Assembly (NCBI GenBank): GCA_963765495.1
Contig: CAVXWP010000007.1
Location: forward strand, 544,001 to 608,000
Direction: 5' to 3'
Length of the DNA stretch: 64,000 bases
DNA from: Blastocatellia bacterium
Lineage (GTDB): Bacteria > Acidobacteriota > Blastocatellia > UBA7656
Shown here: positions 36,730-47,120 of the stretch, piece after piece
Position numbering within the stretch: position 1 is the stretch's first letter
Layout of the letters: every line of letters starts with the position of its first letter
Translations under genes and position numbers: made by a program
Notes under the pieces: generated by a model
The model's input: only the letters and a program-made list of their open reading frames with translations
What the model was told of the DNA's origin: nothing
The model's database searches: none

Positions 36730-37746
36730 ATGAAACCAGGGAAGATGCCTCGAGTTTCTATTGTTGTGCTGAACTGGAATAATTACGAAGACACCAGAAA
36801 GTGTTTGGAGTCTTTGCGAAAGGTTATCTACTCTGAGTTGAGAGTTCTGGTTGTAGATAACGGATCGAGTGACGGCTCGGGCAGACGTTTGGTGTCTGAA
36901 TTTCGGGAGTTTGAATTTATTTTTAACGATAAGAACCTGGGCTTTTCCAGAGGCTGCAATGTTGGGATACGCGCTGCTCTGGAAGATGAAGGATGCGGCT
37001 ATGTGCTGCTGCTAAACAACGACACGATAGTCACTGCCAATTTTCTGGATAAGGCAATCGAGCATGCTGAGGCAAATGCATCTGCCGGTTTGATCGGCGG
37101 TAAAATTCTTACCCTGTCCGATCCCAGTAAGATATGGTACGCCGGGGGCTCGGTGAATTGTTGGAAAGGACGAATGGTTGTCCGCGGTTATGGCGAGAAA
37201 GATTGTGGCCAATATGATGAGCCGGTTGAGGTTGGATTCGTTACGGGCGCGCTCATGATGATCAAAAGAGAGGTGATTGAGAAGGTCGGGCCGCTCCCGG
37301 AAGAGTATTTCTTCGGGGTAGAAGAGATGGATTATTCGGTCAGTGTGATGAAGGCCGGTTATAAGCTCTATTATGTGCCTGAGTTCTTCATATACCATCT
37401 GGCCGACGGCAGTCACTATAACTCTGATCCAAAATTCGTTTATAACAGCTATCGCAACAAGCTGATATTTGCAGAAAAATTTCTTCCCAAAGGACTGTTT
37501 CCAATATGGAAGCTGGTCTTTTCTATATATGCAAAATACCTGGCGCAAAGAGTCTGGCGCGGTCTTATAAAGAAATATGACTACGATGAGTTAGCCACTG
37601 CCAGGGGCAAAGTAATAAATATGAGTGAAATGAAATATGCTCTGGACAAAGCGATCAAAGATCATGGGAGAGACGCTCTTTCCGAAGAGACCCTCACGCG
37701 CTTTGACGAAGGATTGAAAAAAAGAAGAAGAGTTATGGCCGAATGA
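36730..37746 (+). CDS. GT2 glycosyltransferase
   Basis: VSIVVLNWN, VVDNGSSDGS, NLGFSRGCN, LLLNND, EEMDY. Confidence 0.9.
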   Translation: MKPGKMPRVSIVVLNWNNYEDTRKCLESLRKVIYSELRVLVVDNGSSDGSGRRLVSEFREFEFIFNDKNLGFSRGCNVGIRAALEDEGCGYVLLLNNDTIVTANFLDKAIEHAEANASAGLIGGKILTLSDPSKIWYAGGSVNCWKGRMVVRGYGEKDCGQYDEPVEVGFVTGALMMIKREVIEKVGPLPEEYFFGVEEMDYSVSVMKAGYKLYYVPEFFIYHLADGSHYNSDPKFVYNSYRNKLIFAEKFLPKGLFPIWKLVFSIYAKYLAQRVWRGLIKKYDYDELATARGKVINMSEMKYALDKAIKDHGRDALSEETLTRFDEGLKKRRRVMAE

Positions 37747-37813
37747 ATCGAAGCGCTTTCAAAGCAGCGATAGCTCCGTATCACTGGAATGCGCTATTTG
37801 ATGAAGTGACGGC

Positions 37814-38779
37814 ATGAGTTCTGAAATAAAGATTGCCTATATTGTTTCGGCGCACAGATACCCTGACCAGTTGATTCGCCTCATTGACAGACTTAACACC
37901 GAAACGGACTCTTTTTTTATTCATGTTGATAAGAAAACCGATGATGAGACATATCGCCGTATCGTTGATGGATTGAGCCGTTTCCCGAATATATATCTTC
38001 TTAAAAGGCATAACAGCCCCTGGGCAAGCTTTGGCACTGTGGAGTCGAGCATCAAGGGGATAAATAAGCTTATCGAGCGGAAAATCGCTTTTGATTATGC
38101 CGCGTTGCTTACGGGGCAGGATTATCCGATAAAGACTAATGATTATATAAAAGAGTTTCTCAGCAGAAATAAGGGCAAATCCTTTATCGACTATTCCGCC
38201 TTGCCTGCCCGACCTCTGCGCCTTGAAAGAGGCGGGTTTGACAGGATCGAGCGCTGGCACTTTCGTCTGTTTGGCAAGCGCCATTGCTTTCCTGCGATGC
38301 GGCAATTTCAGAACCCGGTAATCTCAATCTTATACTCGGCGCTGGCCGGTCTATTGCCCGAACGGCGTAAATTTATTGCCGGGCATACTCCTTTCTTTGG
38401 CTTTGCATACTGGTGCCTGACGAAAGAGCGTGTGGAGTATTTGTATGATTTCATAAGAAAGAATCGCTCTTTTGTCAAATATTTCAAATATGTTCATATT
38501 CCCGACGAGATGTTCTTTCAGACCGTGCTTTTGAACTCTTCTGAAACAGACAATCTGGTCAATGATGATTTGAGGCACATAATCTGGCCCGAAGAAGGCT
38601 CGCATCACCCCGCGATCCTGCGCGAGCAAGACCTCGATAGCTTAAAGAGATCGCCAAAGCTTTTTGCCAGAAAATTCGACGCGACCGTAGCCCCGGTCAT
38701 ACTGGATTTGATCGATAAAGAAATCCTGATGCGGGACGCGGGACAAGGATCGGCTTACAAAGGGTCGGCTTACAATTGA
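37814..38779 (+). CDS. GT14 (core-2/I-branching-like) glycosyltransferase
   Basis: IAYIVSAH, IHVDKK, LLTGQDYPIK, PDEMFFQT, FARKFD. Confidence 0.9.
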   Translation: MSSEIKIAYIVSAHRYPDQLIRLIDRLNTETDSFFIHVDKKTDDETYRRIVDGLSRFPNIYLLKRHNSPWASFGTVESSIKGINKLIERKIAFDYAALLTGQDYPIKTNDYIKEFLSRNKGKSFIDYSALPARPLRLERGGFDRIERWHFRLFGKRHCFPAMRQFQNPVISILYSALAGLLPERRKFIAGHTPFFGFAYWCLTKERVEYLYDFIRKNRSFVKYFKYVHIPDEMFFQTVLLNSSETDNLVNDDLRHIIWPEEGSHHPAILREQDLDSLKRSPKLFARKFDATVAPVILDLIDKEILMRDAGQGSAYKGSAYN

Positions 38780-38786
38780 GGAACTG

Positions 38787-39653
38787 ATGGAAATGGCTGC
38801 CGGAACCCTGGTTGAAATCGGCATCACAACCAGGAATCGCTGGGACGATTTGAAAGACACGCTTCAGAAGATACGCGATTTTGGACTCTCCGATTTGCGT
38901 GTCCTGGTCTTTGATGACGGCTCTGAGCAGAAATGCCCATACGATATTTTCTCCTTTTGCAAGCGCCTGACATTCAAGAGATTTTCCGAATCAAGGGGCC
39001 TGATAGTTCGTCGCAATCAACTGGCCAGGGCTATGACCTCAAAATACTATTTGAGCCTCGATGACGATTCTTATCCTGTTTCAGGGTCTCTGGAGAAGGC
39101 AGTCGAACTGGCTGAAAGTCTTGAGGATTTGCTCGGGTTGAGTTTTCCGATCTATAACCCCGTCACAAAGAAGCATCAGGTCAGGTCTTTGAAAGAGGAA
39201 CCTTACAGGGTTCGGTCGTTTATAGGGTGCGGCCATTTGCTTCACCGAGAGAGGTTTTTGCAGATTGGCGGATACCGCGAAGAGCTTGTCCACTTTGGCG
39301 AAGAGGTGGATTTGACTGTTCGCGGATTTCAGCAGGGCCTCTATTGCTATCACTATCCCAATCTGCAAATTCATCATACGGCATCGAATGCCGGTCGTAA
39401 CTGGGAGAGGATGGATTTTTACGGGGCGCGCAATGCCGTTTTGTGGAACGACTGGTTTATGCCGTCGGGACTGAGGAGCGTAAAACAGGTTCGCACTGCT
39501 GTTTCAAGAGTTATTCAGGTTGTAAAAAACAGGCGATTGGGCCAGGCAAAAGGGGAGCTTGCCGGATTGAAACAGGTTGGAAGCTACAAACATAACCGCC
39601 GCCCCATGAGTCGCAACCTCTATAGAGAGTGGATAAGACTCCCCCAGGGTTGA
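38787..39653 (+). CDS. GT2 glycosyltransferase
   Basis: ITTRNR, VFDDGS, LSLDDDS, GEEVDL. Confidence 0.85.
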   Translation: MEMAAGTLVEIGITTRNRWDDLKDTLQKIRDFGLSDLRVLVFDDGSEQKCPYDIFSFCKRLTFKRFSESRGLIVRRNQLARAMTSKYYLSLDDDSYPVSGSLEKAVELAESLEDLLGLSFPIYNPVTKKHQVRSLKEEPYRVRSFIGCGHLLHRERFLQIGGYREELVHFGEEVDLTVRGFQQGLYCYHYPNLQIHHTASNAGRNWERMDFYGARNAVLWNDWFMPSGLRSVKQVRTAVSRVIQVVKNRRLGQAKGELAGLKQVGSYKHNRRPMSRNLYREWIRLPQG

Positions 39654-39669
39654 TAGCGGAAAAAGCGAT

Positions 39670-40389
39670 ATGAGCGCTCATCATAAGAATGAAGAGGAAC
39701 TCCAGAGGGCTTATTACAGCAGAACGGCTCAAGCATATAATGAAATGCAGGTTCACGAGAAAGACGGGCATTTTCTCGCCCTGTGCTTTCTGGTCGGCGT
39801 TCTGGAACATCTTGAAATCGGATCCGTTCTCGACATCGGTTCAGGCACAGGCAGGGCGCTGGCTTATATCAAAAAGCAAAAGCCGGGTATTCGCGCCATC
39901 GGAATAGAGCCTGTTGATGAATTGAGAAAGGTTGGATATGACTCCGGCATTGATGAGAATGAGCTTCTGGCGGGCGACGCTACAAGGCTGCAATTTAAGG
40001 ACAAAGAGTTTGATCTGGTCTGCTCATTTGCGGTCCTGCACCACATCAGAAAACCGGATGATGTGATCGCCGAGATGCTGAGAGTGGCAAAAAAAGCGAT
40101 CTTTGTCTCCGATGCGAATACTTTCGGGCAAGGCTCGGCGGGCTTAAGAGTTGTGAAGCAGGCAATAAACTTTTTCGGATTGTGGAGGGTGGCCAATTTT
40201 ATAAGAACCCGGGGAAAGGGCTATACGATCTCAGAAGGTGATGGATTGGCTTACTCATATTCTGTGTTTGATAATTACAAGCAAATCAAAGAGCATTGCG
40301 GGCGCATTCACCTGCTAAACCTAACCGGCGACTCGATCAATCCATATAGAACCTCGGATCAGGTCGCTCTACTTGGAATCAAGAAATAA
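39670..40389 (+). CDS. Class I SAM-dependent methyltransferase
   Basis: VLDIGSGTG, GDATRLQF, FDLV, VLHHI. Confidence 0.9.
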   Translation: MSAHHKNEEELQRAYYSRTAQAYNEMQVHEKDGHFLALCFLVGVLEHLEIGSVLDIGSGTGRALAYIKKQKPGIRAIGIEPVDELRKVGYDSGIDENELLAGDATRLQFKDKEFDLVCSFAVLHHIRKPDDVIAEMLRVAKKAIFVSDANTFGQGSAGLRVVKQAINFFGLWRVANFIRTRGKGYTISEGDGLAYSYSVFDNYKQIKEHCGRIHLLNLTGDSINPYRTSDQVALLGIKK

Positions 40390-40425
40390 GAGCGGGGAAG
40401 AGATCAACAGTGATCAGTCTTTTTT

Positions 40426-41676
40426 ATGAGTGAGTCGAATTCATTGCCCCGGGCAGTTGTTGCTCTTGCCGGAGCCAGAGATTATTACCAGCTACCTCTG
40501 GCGCTCTGCGAAGCCGGCTTGCTGCAAAAGCTTGTGACGGATGTTTACTGGCCTGCCGACAGGGCGTGGTTCAGGTCTTCGATAGGCGCATTCCTGCCTG
40601 AGAAGATCATAGCTTCCAGATTTTGCGCGGGGCTATCGAGCGAAAAGGTCGAAATATCCGGGGGGGCTTTATCCGCTTTTGCCTTGATGAAAATGGTTCC
40701 CTCGTGGAATCTCAATAGAATCAAGGACCGCAATCTTGCGCGAAGAGCCAGACGACTGGCGCTGCGTGATGATGCCGCGCTTTTCTGCTACAACTACTAT
40801 GCGTCAGAGGCCTTTTTGGACAGGCCGGACCGCCCGCGATATAGATTCCTGTTTCAAATTCAGGCAAGCCCGGATGTTGCGCGCCAGATTTTGCTAGAAG
40901 AGATCGAGCGAACACCCGCCGCGCATGCCTCGCTTGCGGCAGAGTATGAAATTTTGCTCCCTCAGGAACAACTCCAGGCGCTACGTGATGAGCCGCATCT
41001 GGCCAACGGATGGGTGACCACCTGTGGCTTTGCGGCAGATTCGCTCGTTAAAAGCGGCATTTCATCCGACGCAATACGGATTGTTCCTTACGGGGTTGAT
41101 TCAACGGTGTTTATCAAGCGTCCCTCCGCTCCCGATCCGCGAAAAGCATTCAAGATAATCTATGTGGGCAGCCTTATACAGAGAAAGGGCATATCTTATC
41201 TGCTTGAAGCCGCGCGGTTGTTGAAGTCTTCCAATATTCGCCTTGTCTTTTGCGTTCGCGGTTTTATTGACAGGAATCTGCTTGCCGAATACTCAGACAT
41301 TGCTATAGAAATCAAGGTGGGTCTTTCGGGCAGGCAACTGGCGTATGAACTGCACAGCAGCGACGTATTCGTTTTCCCCTCCCTCAGCGAAGGCTTTGGG
41401 CACGTCATACTTGAAACGATGGCGTGCGGAGTGCCGGTCATCGCCACCCCTCATACTTGCGCGCCCGATGTGATGGTGGATGGAAAGCACGGTTTTATCG
41501 TCCCCATTCGCGATAGCGAAGCGATAGCCGAAAAGCTGGCCTGGGGGATTGATCACAGGGCCGAGCTTGCTGCAATGGGCGAACTGGCCGCCGAGCAGGC
41601 GCGCCATTTTACATGGCGGCGCTTTAGAGACGGTGTTAGAGATGCTTACGGGCAAATGATCGCTGCCGTAGGCTGA
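40426..41676 (+). CDS. GT4 glycosyltransferase
   Basis: VPYGVD, YVGSLIQRKG, FVFPSLSEGFGHVILETMACGVPVI. Confidence 0.9.
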   Translation: MSESNSLPRAVVALAGARDYYQLPLALCEAGLLQKLVTDVYWPADRAWFRSSIGAFLPEKIIASRFCAGLSSEKVEISGGALSAFALMKMVPSWNLNRIKDRNLARRARRLALRDDAALFCYNYYASEAFLDRPDRPRYRFLFQIQASPDVARQILLEEIERTPAAHASLAAEYEILLPQEQLQALRDEPHLANGWVTTCGFAADSLVKSGISSDAIRIVPYGVDSTVFIKRPSAPDPRKAFKIIYVGSLIQRKGISYLLEAARLLKSSNIRLVFCVRGFIDRNLLAEYSDIAIEIKVGLSGRQLAYELHSSDVFVFPSLSEGFGHVILETMACGVPVIATPHTCAPDVMVDGKHGFIVPIRDSEAIAEKLAWGIDHRAELAAMGELAAEQARHFTWRRFRDGVRDAYGQMIAAVG

Positions 41677-41714
41677 ATCTTTGTGAGAGTAACTGGAAGA
41701 GCAGGTATATTATT

Positions 41715-43099
41715 TTGTCCTACATATTCTCAATTATAGATATACCCGTCGCATTATTGATAGATTTGGTGGTCCTGGCGGCTTCGACGACCGTTCTCCT
41801 GCGTTACGGGCGGTTGTCGCATTCTCACCCGGCTACTATCTATCTCTTCTTTCATCTCTATACTTTTACGACCCGGCTGATAGGGCTTGCCTTCGGCGCT
41901 CCTACTCTGTTCAGCGAGTATCTGGTCTTCTTTGAGCCTATCAGGGATTCTGAAATTGTGAGGGCCGCATTTATCGGTGATCTCGCCCTGCTCGTCATGA
42001 CGATTGCCTGGATAAAGGCCTCCCGCGATGAGTATAAGCGTGAAAAGCGGGCAAGCAATGAGGATGAGAATTATCGAAGGCTTTCATTGAGACATATCTG
42101 GGCAGTTGTATTTATCGCTTTTCCGTTAGGGATTCTGGGGCTTCTGGCATTTTCAAATTTACCCGGATTTGACGGCGACCCTATAGAACTGGGCGAATGG
42201 CAAACCTCAAGCTGGTTCTTTGTTGTGCAGGTATGGGCAGGGCTTTCGATACTGGCCCTTATCTACTGGTACGGTTTCCGGTGGTGGCTTATGGTGCCGA
42301 TGAGCCTCTATTTATTGATTATGTCCTATCAGGGATATCATCGTTTTCGCGTTGTTATTCCGGTTATTCTGTTGATCCAGATATATCTGGACAGGCATAG
42401 ACTGCGCTGGCCGCCGCCCTACGTTATGGCGCTTGCTTCTTCTCTTAATCGTCGATCTTTTTCCCGCTCAAGCAGATCGGTAAAATGGCTCAGGAAGGGG
42501 AGGGGGTCGAAGAGATAGCCGATGTCACCCGGCAGTCGGTCAATAAGGCGCTTGTGGCCAAGGCTCCCGATCAGATGTTTCTCGATGAGTTTGCCTGCGC
42601 GCTTACGCTTTCAGATGATGCGGGCCATTTTTATTACGGGGCCACCTATTTGCCACTGATAACTCTGCCCATACCCAGACAGTGGTGGCCCGAAAAGCCC
42701 GGGCTTGCCGATTACATGAATGAGATTTCAAAACCCTGGCGTCCGATGGGAGAGATGGGGATGATCGTGACTTTTCTGGGCGAGTCATATATCAATTTCG
42801 GTTATCTGGGCATCTTCCTGATCTCCTTCTTACTGGCCTATGGGTTGGGACGAATCTATTTCGTTGCCTATCGCAACCCGTACCTTTCAGTCGTCAGAAT
42901 GGCTTATCTGCTGATAGCCTGCAATCTGTTGCAAGTGTATCGCGATGGACTTGCCTCGATAGTTGTATTTACCTGGGTCAATATGATGCCTTTGATGGTT
43001 ATCATAGGACTTCATTATGTCCTGCCGGGCAAGACCGTAAAGAAACGCGCTTCTTTGACGGCTCGGGTGAGCCTTTCCGAAGGGCAGGCGCAGCCTTAG
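41715..43099 (+). pseudogene. wzy: Wzy-like polysaccharide polymerase split by frameshift(s) at about 42432-42455 (pseudogene or sequence error)
   Basis: Two overlapping multi-TM ORFs (41715-42518 and 42485-43099). The second has PIPRQWWPEKP and GESYINFGYLG, typical of Wzy. Coding sense continues across frames. Confidence 0.7.
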
Positions 43100-43139
43100 C
43101 GTTTTCCGTCTTAGCGTTTTCCGTCCGCCGGTTTTTATA

Positions 43140-44288
43140 ATGCTTCCAGTCACCGTTTGGATGAATTATCCATCTTTCTACCAGGGAGACCTGTATAGAG
43201 AACTGGTTTCGTCGGGAGAGGTAGATATAGAGGTGGTCTTTGCCAAGAATCTGACCCCGGACAGGCTGGAACTCGGATGGCAGGACGATCTGGCGGGATA
43301 CCCGCATCGGTTTATCGACCGGAGCATTTCGGCGGCCGTGCGGCTGGCGCGATCACAGCGCGACCGTATACATATTGTCAACGGGCTTTGGGCCGAACCT
43401 TCTTTTGCCGCCGCCCTTCTCACGCTCGCTTTATCAGGAAGCGCATACGCGATCTATTCCGAAGCGCCCGACCCCTGGCAGCACCGATCAGCCGGAAAGA
43501 GACTGCTGCAAACATCATTTGGAAAGACCCTCGTAGGGAGGGCTGTCGGCGTCTTACCCGTCTCTTCTCTGGCGGTTGATTTCTATAAGAGGCTGGGCGT
43601 GCCTGATAAGGCCATCTATCCTTTCGGCTACTTTCGATCCGGAGAGCGATGGGTCAGCCGCTCGACACATTCCGATGACAGGGCGAAGATTGAGATAATC
43701 TTTGCAGGGCAGATTGTTTACAGAAAAGGGCTTGATCTTCTGATTGATGCGACCAAACCGCTCTTTGAGCAGCACGGCAACCTGTTTCTGACCATAATCG
43801 GCACGGGTGAAATGAAATCGAAACTTCAAGATCAGGCAGAAGCCTGTGGCCTGACGGATCGAATACTTTTCGAAGGAGTGATACCGCCCGAAAAGATACC
43901 GGCTCGGCTGGCGAAAGCTGACCTGCTGGTTTTACCCTCGCGCTGGGATGGGTGGGGAGTGGTTGTGAACGAGGCATTCTCTGTAGGTTTGCCGGTTATC
44001 GTTTCAGATAGTTGCGGAGCATCGGACCTCGTCAATAGTGATCTGAACGGATATGTTTTTAGGAGCGGAGATGCGGATGATCTGCGCGCCTGTTTGAGTA
44101 GTTTTCTGAGCAGAAAAGCCTTCTGGCCGCATCTGCGAGCTGGTTCGCTCGAGACGGGCGCTAAGATTTCTACCGAAGAGGCGGCCCCCTATCTGATCGA
44201 ATGCATAAGACATATGATGGGGCTTCGCAGCCAACAGCCTGCCCCGCCGTGGATGCGGATGAGTGTCATCGAAGGTGCGGACCTCTAA
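43140..44288 (+). CDS. GT4 glycosyltransferase
   Basis: FAGQIVYRKGLD, LVLPSRWDGWGVVVNEAFSVGLPVI. Confidence 0.9.
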   Translation: MLPVTVWMNYPSFYQGDLYRELVSSGEVDIEVVFAKNLTPDRLELGWQDDLAGYPHRFIDRSISAAVRLARSQRDRIHIVNGLWAEPSFAAALLTLALSGSAYAIYSEAPDPWQHRSAGKRLLQTSFGKTLVGRAVGVLPVSSLAVDFYKRLGVPDKAIYPFGYFRSGERWVSRSTHSDDRAKIEIIFAGQIVYRKGLDLLIDATKPLFEQHGNLFLTIIGTGEMKSKLQDQAEACGLTDRILFEGVIPPEKIPARLAKADLLVLPSRWDGWGVVVNEAFSVGLPVIVSDSCGASDLVNSDLNGYVFRSGDADDLRACLSSFLSRKAFWPHLRAGSLETGAKISTEEAAPYLIECIRHMMGLRSQQPAPPWMRMSVIEGADL

Positions 44289-44289
44289 A

Positions 44290-45561
44290 ATGAGAATTGT
44301 CTTTATAGCAGATGCCCGCAGCCCCATCGCCCTCGGCTGGATCAGCCATTTTGTAGATAGCGGGCATGATGTTCACATCATCTCAACTTATCCTTGCTCG
44401 CCGGAGGTTTTGCCTCGGGCGGATATTCATCAGTTCCCGACAGCTTTTTCATCCTTTGCCCGAGCCACAAACAATAATTTATCAAAGCCTGATCTAAAGC
44501 CTTCCACAAACTCGAAAAGACTGGTGAATCTGCGAATTCCGGCGCGGTCGAGTCTGTCAATGACCGTACTGCCCTGGCTTGGGTCGGTGGATTTATACAG
44601 ATATGTTTCGCGCGCGCGCGCGTTGATAAACAGCCTGGCCCCGGATGTCGTACATGCAATGCGCATCCCTTTTGAAGGCTTGCTCGCAGCCAAAGCGACA
44701 CCTGCTCGCTTCCCTCTTATGATTTCAGTGTGGGGCAATGACTTCACATTGTTTGCCAGCCGCTATCGCGTGATAGCGCGGCAGACAAGACAGGCGATGC
44801 AAAGAGCAGACGCATTGCACTCCGATTGCCGTCGCGACATAAATCTGGCAATTCGGGATTGGGGATTTGAGGCAAAGAAACCGACTATTGTGCTGCCAAG
44901 CTCAGGAGGGATTCGCCTCTCAATATTTCATGCGGAGAATGCCGATTCTGCGATTCGAGATGATCTGGGCATCGCGCGCGACGCGCCCGTTATAATCAAC
45001 CCGCGCGGCTTTCGCAGTTATGTGCGCAACGATATCTTTTTTCAGGCGATTCCGCAGGTGCTCGGTTCGTTTCCAAAAGCCGTCTTCATTTGCAGCGCGA
45101 TGCAGGGGAATCCAGTCGCCGAAAAGTGGGTCAGACGGATGCGGATTCGAGAAAACGTGCGGTTGCTGCCCCCCGTGCCGCACGAACAGATGGCGGATTT
45201 GTTTCGTCTGGCACATGTAGCCGTATCCCCCAGCCTGCATGACGGGACTCCGAACACTCTGCTTGAGGCGATGGCCTGTGGATGTTTCCCCGTTGCGGGC
45301 GATATCGAATCCGTGCGCGAATGGATCACCGATGGAGTGAACGGATTGTTGTGCGATCCGAACGATGTTGAATCGCTCGCCGGGGCGGTTGAGTGTTCCC
45401 TGAGTGACGGCGCGTTGCGTGCAAGAGCAAAAGAGCACAACGCCGTGTTGATACGCGAGCGGGCCGAATATTCTCAGGTGATGTCGCGTGCAGAGATCTT
45501 CTATTTTGATATTGCGAAAGGCTTTGCCCGCAGCGGAGTCTCTCGATCAGTCGAGGCTTGA
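44290..45561 (+). CDS. GT4 glycosyltransferase
   Basis: Likely start MRIVFIAD at 44290; SPSLHDGTPNTLLEAMACG. Confidence 0.88.
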   Translation: MRIVFIADARSPIALGWISHFVDSGHDVHIISTYPCSPEVLPRADIHQFPTAFSSFARATNNNLSKPDLKPSTNSKRLVNLRIPARSSLSMTVLPWLGSVDLYRYVSRARALINSLAPDVVHAMRIPFEGLLAAKATPARFPLMISVWGNDFTLFASRYRVIARQTRQAMQRADALHSDCRRDINLAIRDWGFEAKKPTIVLPSSGGIRLSIFHAENADSAIRDDLGIARDAPVIINPRGFRSYVRNDIFFQAIPQVLGSFPKAVFICSAMQGNPVAEKWVRRMRIRENVRLLPPVPHEQMADLFRLAHVAVSPSLHDGTPNTLLEAMACGCFPVAGDIESVREWITDGVNGLLCDPNDVESLAGAVECSLSDGALRARAKEHNAVLIRERAEYSQVMSRAEIFYFDIAKGFARSGVSRSVEA

Positions 45562-47120
45562 GCATCTGGAAAATTATGGATCCTCGGAGTGTTGCCGCAT
45601 ACGTTGGCGAAAGCAAATCATATCCGCGCCAACCGCCTTTTCACCCGGATCAGCGATATGCTGAGTATGAGTTTGGCGAAACGGGGTCGGAGCCAAACCA
45701 GGCCTACGGGGCGGTGCGTGCCTGTTTGCGGGAAGCCGGGCTCGATTATGAGCGATTCGACACGCAGCAGTGGAACCCATTGAGCGGTCTCATAAATCCC
45801 GGGGAGACGGTCCTGCTCAAGCCGAATCTGGTCAAAGAATCCCACCCTCGCGACCCCGAAGGCTGGCGCTATGTGCTCACGCACGGCAGTATCATCCGCG
45901 TTGTTGCCGACTACGTCTGGAAAGCGCTCGCTGGTCGGGGCAAAGTCATCATAGCCGATGCGCCTCAAACCGATTCTTCCTTTGCGGAGATAGCGCGCCT
46001 GCTCGGGCTTGCGGAGTTGCGCGAATTTTACAGGTCTCGCGGGTTGGATTTTGAACTGATCGATCTTCGACAGGAAGAGTGGGTCAACAAAGACAATGTC
46101 ATAATCAGTCGCCGGAAACTTTCAGGCGACCCTTATGGCTCGGTCGCATTCGATCTGGGTGAGAAAAGCGAATTTTCTTCTCATAAAGGCAGCGGCAATT
46201 ATTACGGGGCTGATTATGATATGGGCGCGGTCAATTATCACCACAGCGACGGCCGCCACGAATACCTGATCGCAGGGTGCGCCATAAAATGCGATGTCGT
46301 CTTCAGTCTGCCCAAACTGAAGACGCACAAAAAAGCCGGGATCACCGTGAGCTTGAAGAACCTCGTGGGCGTAAACGGCGACAAGAACTGGCTCCCTCAT
46401 CACACGGAAGGCCACCCCTCCGAAGGCGGAGACGAACATCCGAATCCCGACACCAGGCATAAAGCAGAGCGAAAGCTGGCCTCATACTTTCGCCGGATGT
46501 CGCTCAGGCTGCCCGGCGCAGGGACATGGCTTCATCGCCACGCGAGGCGCGTAGGCGCTCACATCTTTGGCGATACGGAAAAGGTGATTCGCAGCGGGAA
46601 CTGGTGGGGCAACGATACTATCTGGCGAATGTGCCTCGATCTTAACAAGATAATTCTTTACGGCGATCAGGATGGAACTATGCGGCAGGCCAAGCCTGAA
46701 AACAGAAAGCGCCATTTTGTGCTTGTAGACGGCCTGATTGCGGGCGAAGGGCGCGGGCCTGCAAATCCTGACCCGATTGAGGCGGGTCTTATAGTCTTTG
46801 GCACGCATCCGGCAAGCGTCGATGCCGCGTGCGCCTGCTTGATGGGTTTCGATCCTGAACGAATCCCCATCGTGCGCCAGGCCTTTAAGTGTCTTCACTA
46901 CCCGCTTGCCGAATGGCGCTGGACCGATGTGCGCCTCGTAAGCAATCGCGCGGAGTGGAGCCGAAATATTTCTGAGATTACCGATAAAGATACTTTTCAC
47001 TTCCGCCCCCATTTCGGATGGAAAGATCATATCGAACGCGCGACGAGCGGGGCGGGCTCAGATTACCAGCACAATGCCTTTATTCAGGATACGGAAAGTG
47101 ATGCGATATCTCACAGATGA
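45558..47120 (+). CDS. DUF362 domain protein
   Basis: PGETVLLKPNLV, LPKLKTHKKAGITVSLKNLVG, VDGLIAGEGRGP. Confidence 0.85.
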   Translation: MSIWKIMDPRSVAAYVGESKSYPRQPPFHPDQRYAEYEFGETGSEPNQAYGAVRACLREAGLDYERFDTQQWNPLSGLINPGETVLLKPNLVKESHPRDPEGWRYVLTHGSIIRVVADYVWKALAGRGKVIIADAPQTDSSFAEIARLLGLAELREFYRSRGLDFELIDLRQEEWVNKDNVIISRRKLSGDPYGSVAFDLGEKSEFSSHKGSGNYYGADYDMGAVNYHHSDGRHEYLIAGCAIKCDVVFSLPKLKTHKKAGITVSLKNLVGVNGDKNWLPHHTEGHPSEGGDEHPNPDTRHKAERKLASYFRRMSLRLPGAGTWLHRHARRVGAHIFGDTEKVIRSGNWWGNDTIWRMCLDLNKIILYGDQDGTMRQAKPENRKRHFVLVDGLIAGEGRGPANPDPIEAGLIVFGTHPASVDAACACLMGFDPERIPIVRQAFKCLHYPLAEWRWTDVRLVSNRAEWSRNISEITDKDTFHFRPHFGWKDHIERATSGAGSDYQHNAFIQDTESDAISHR

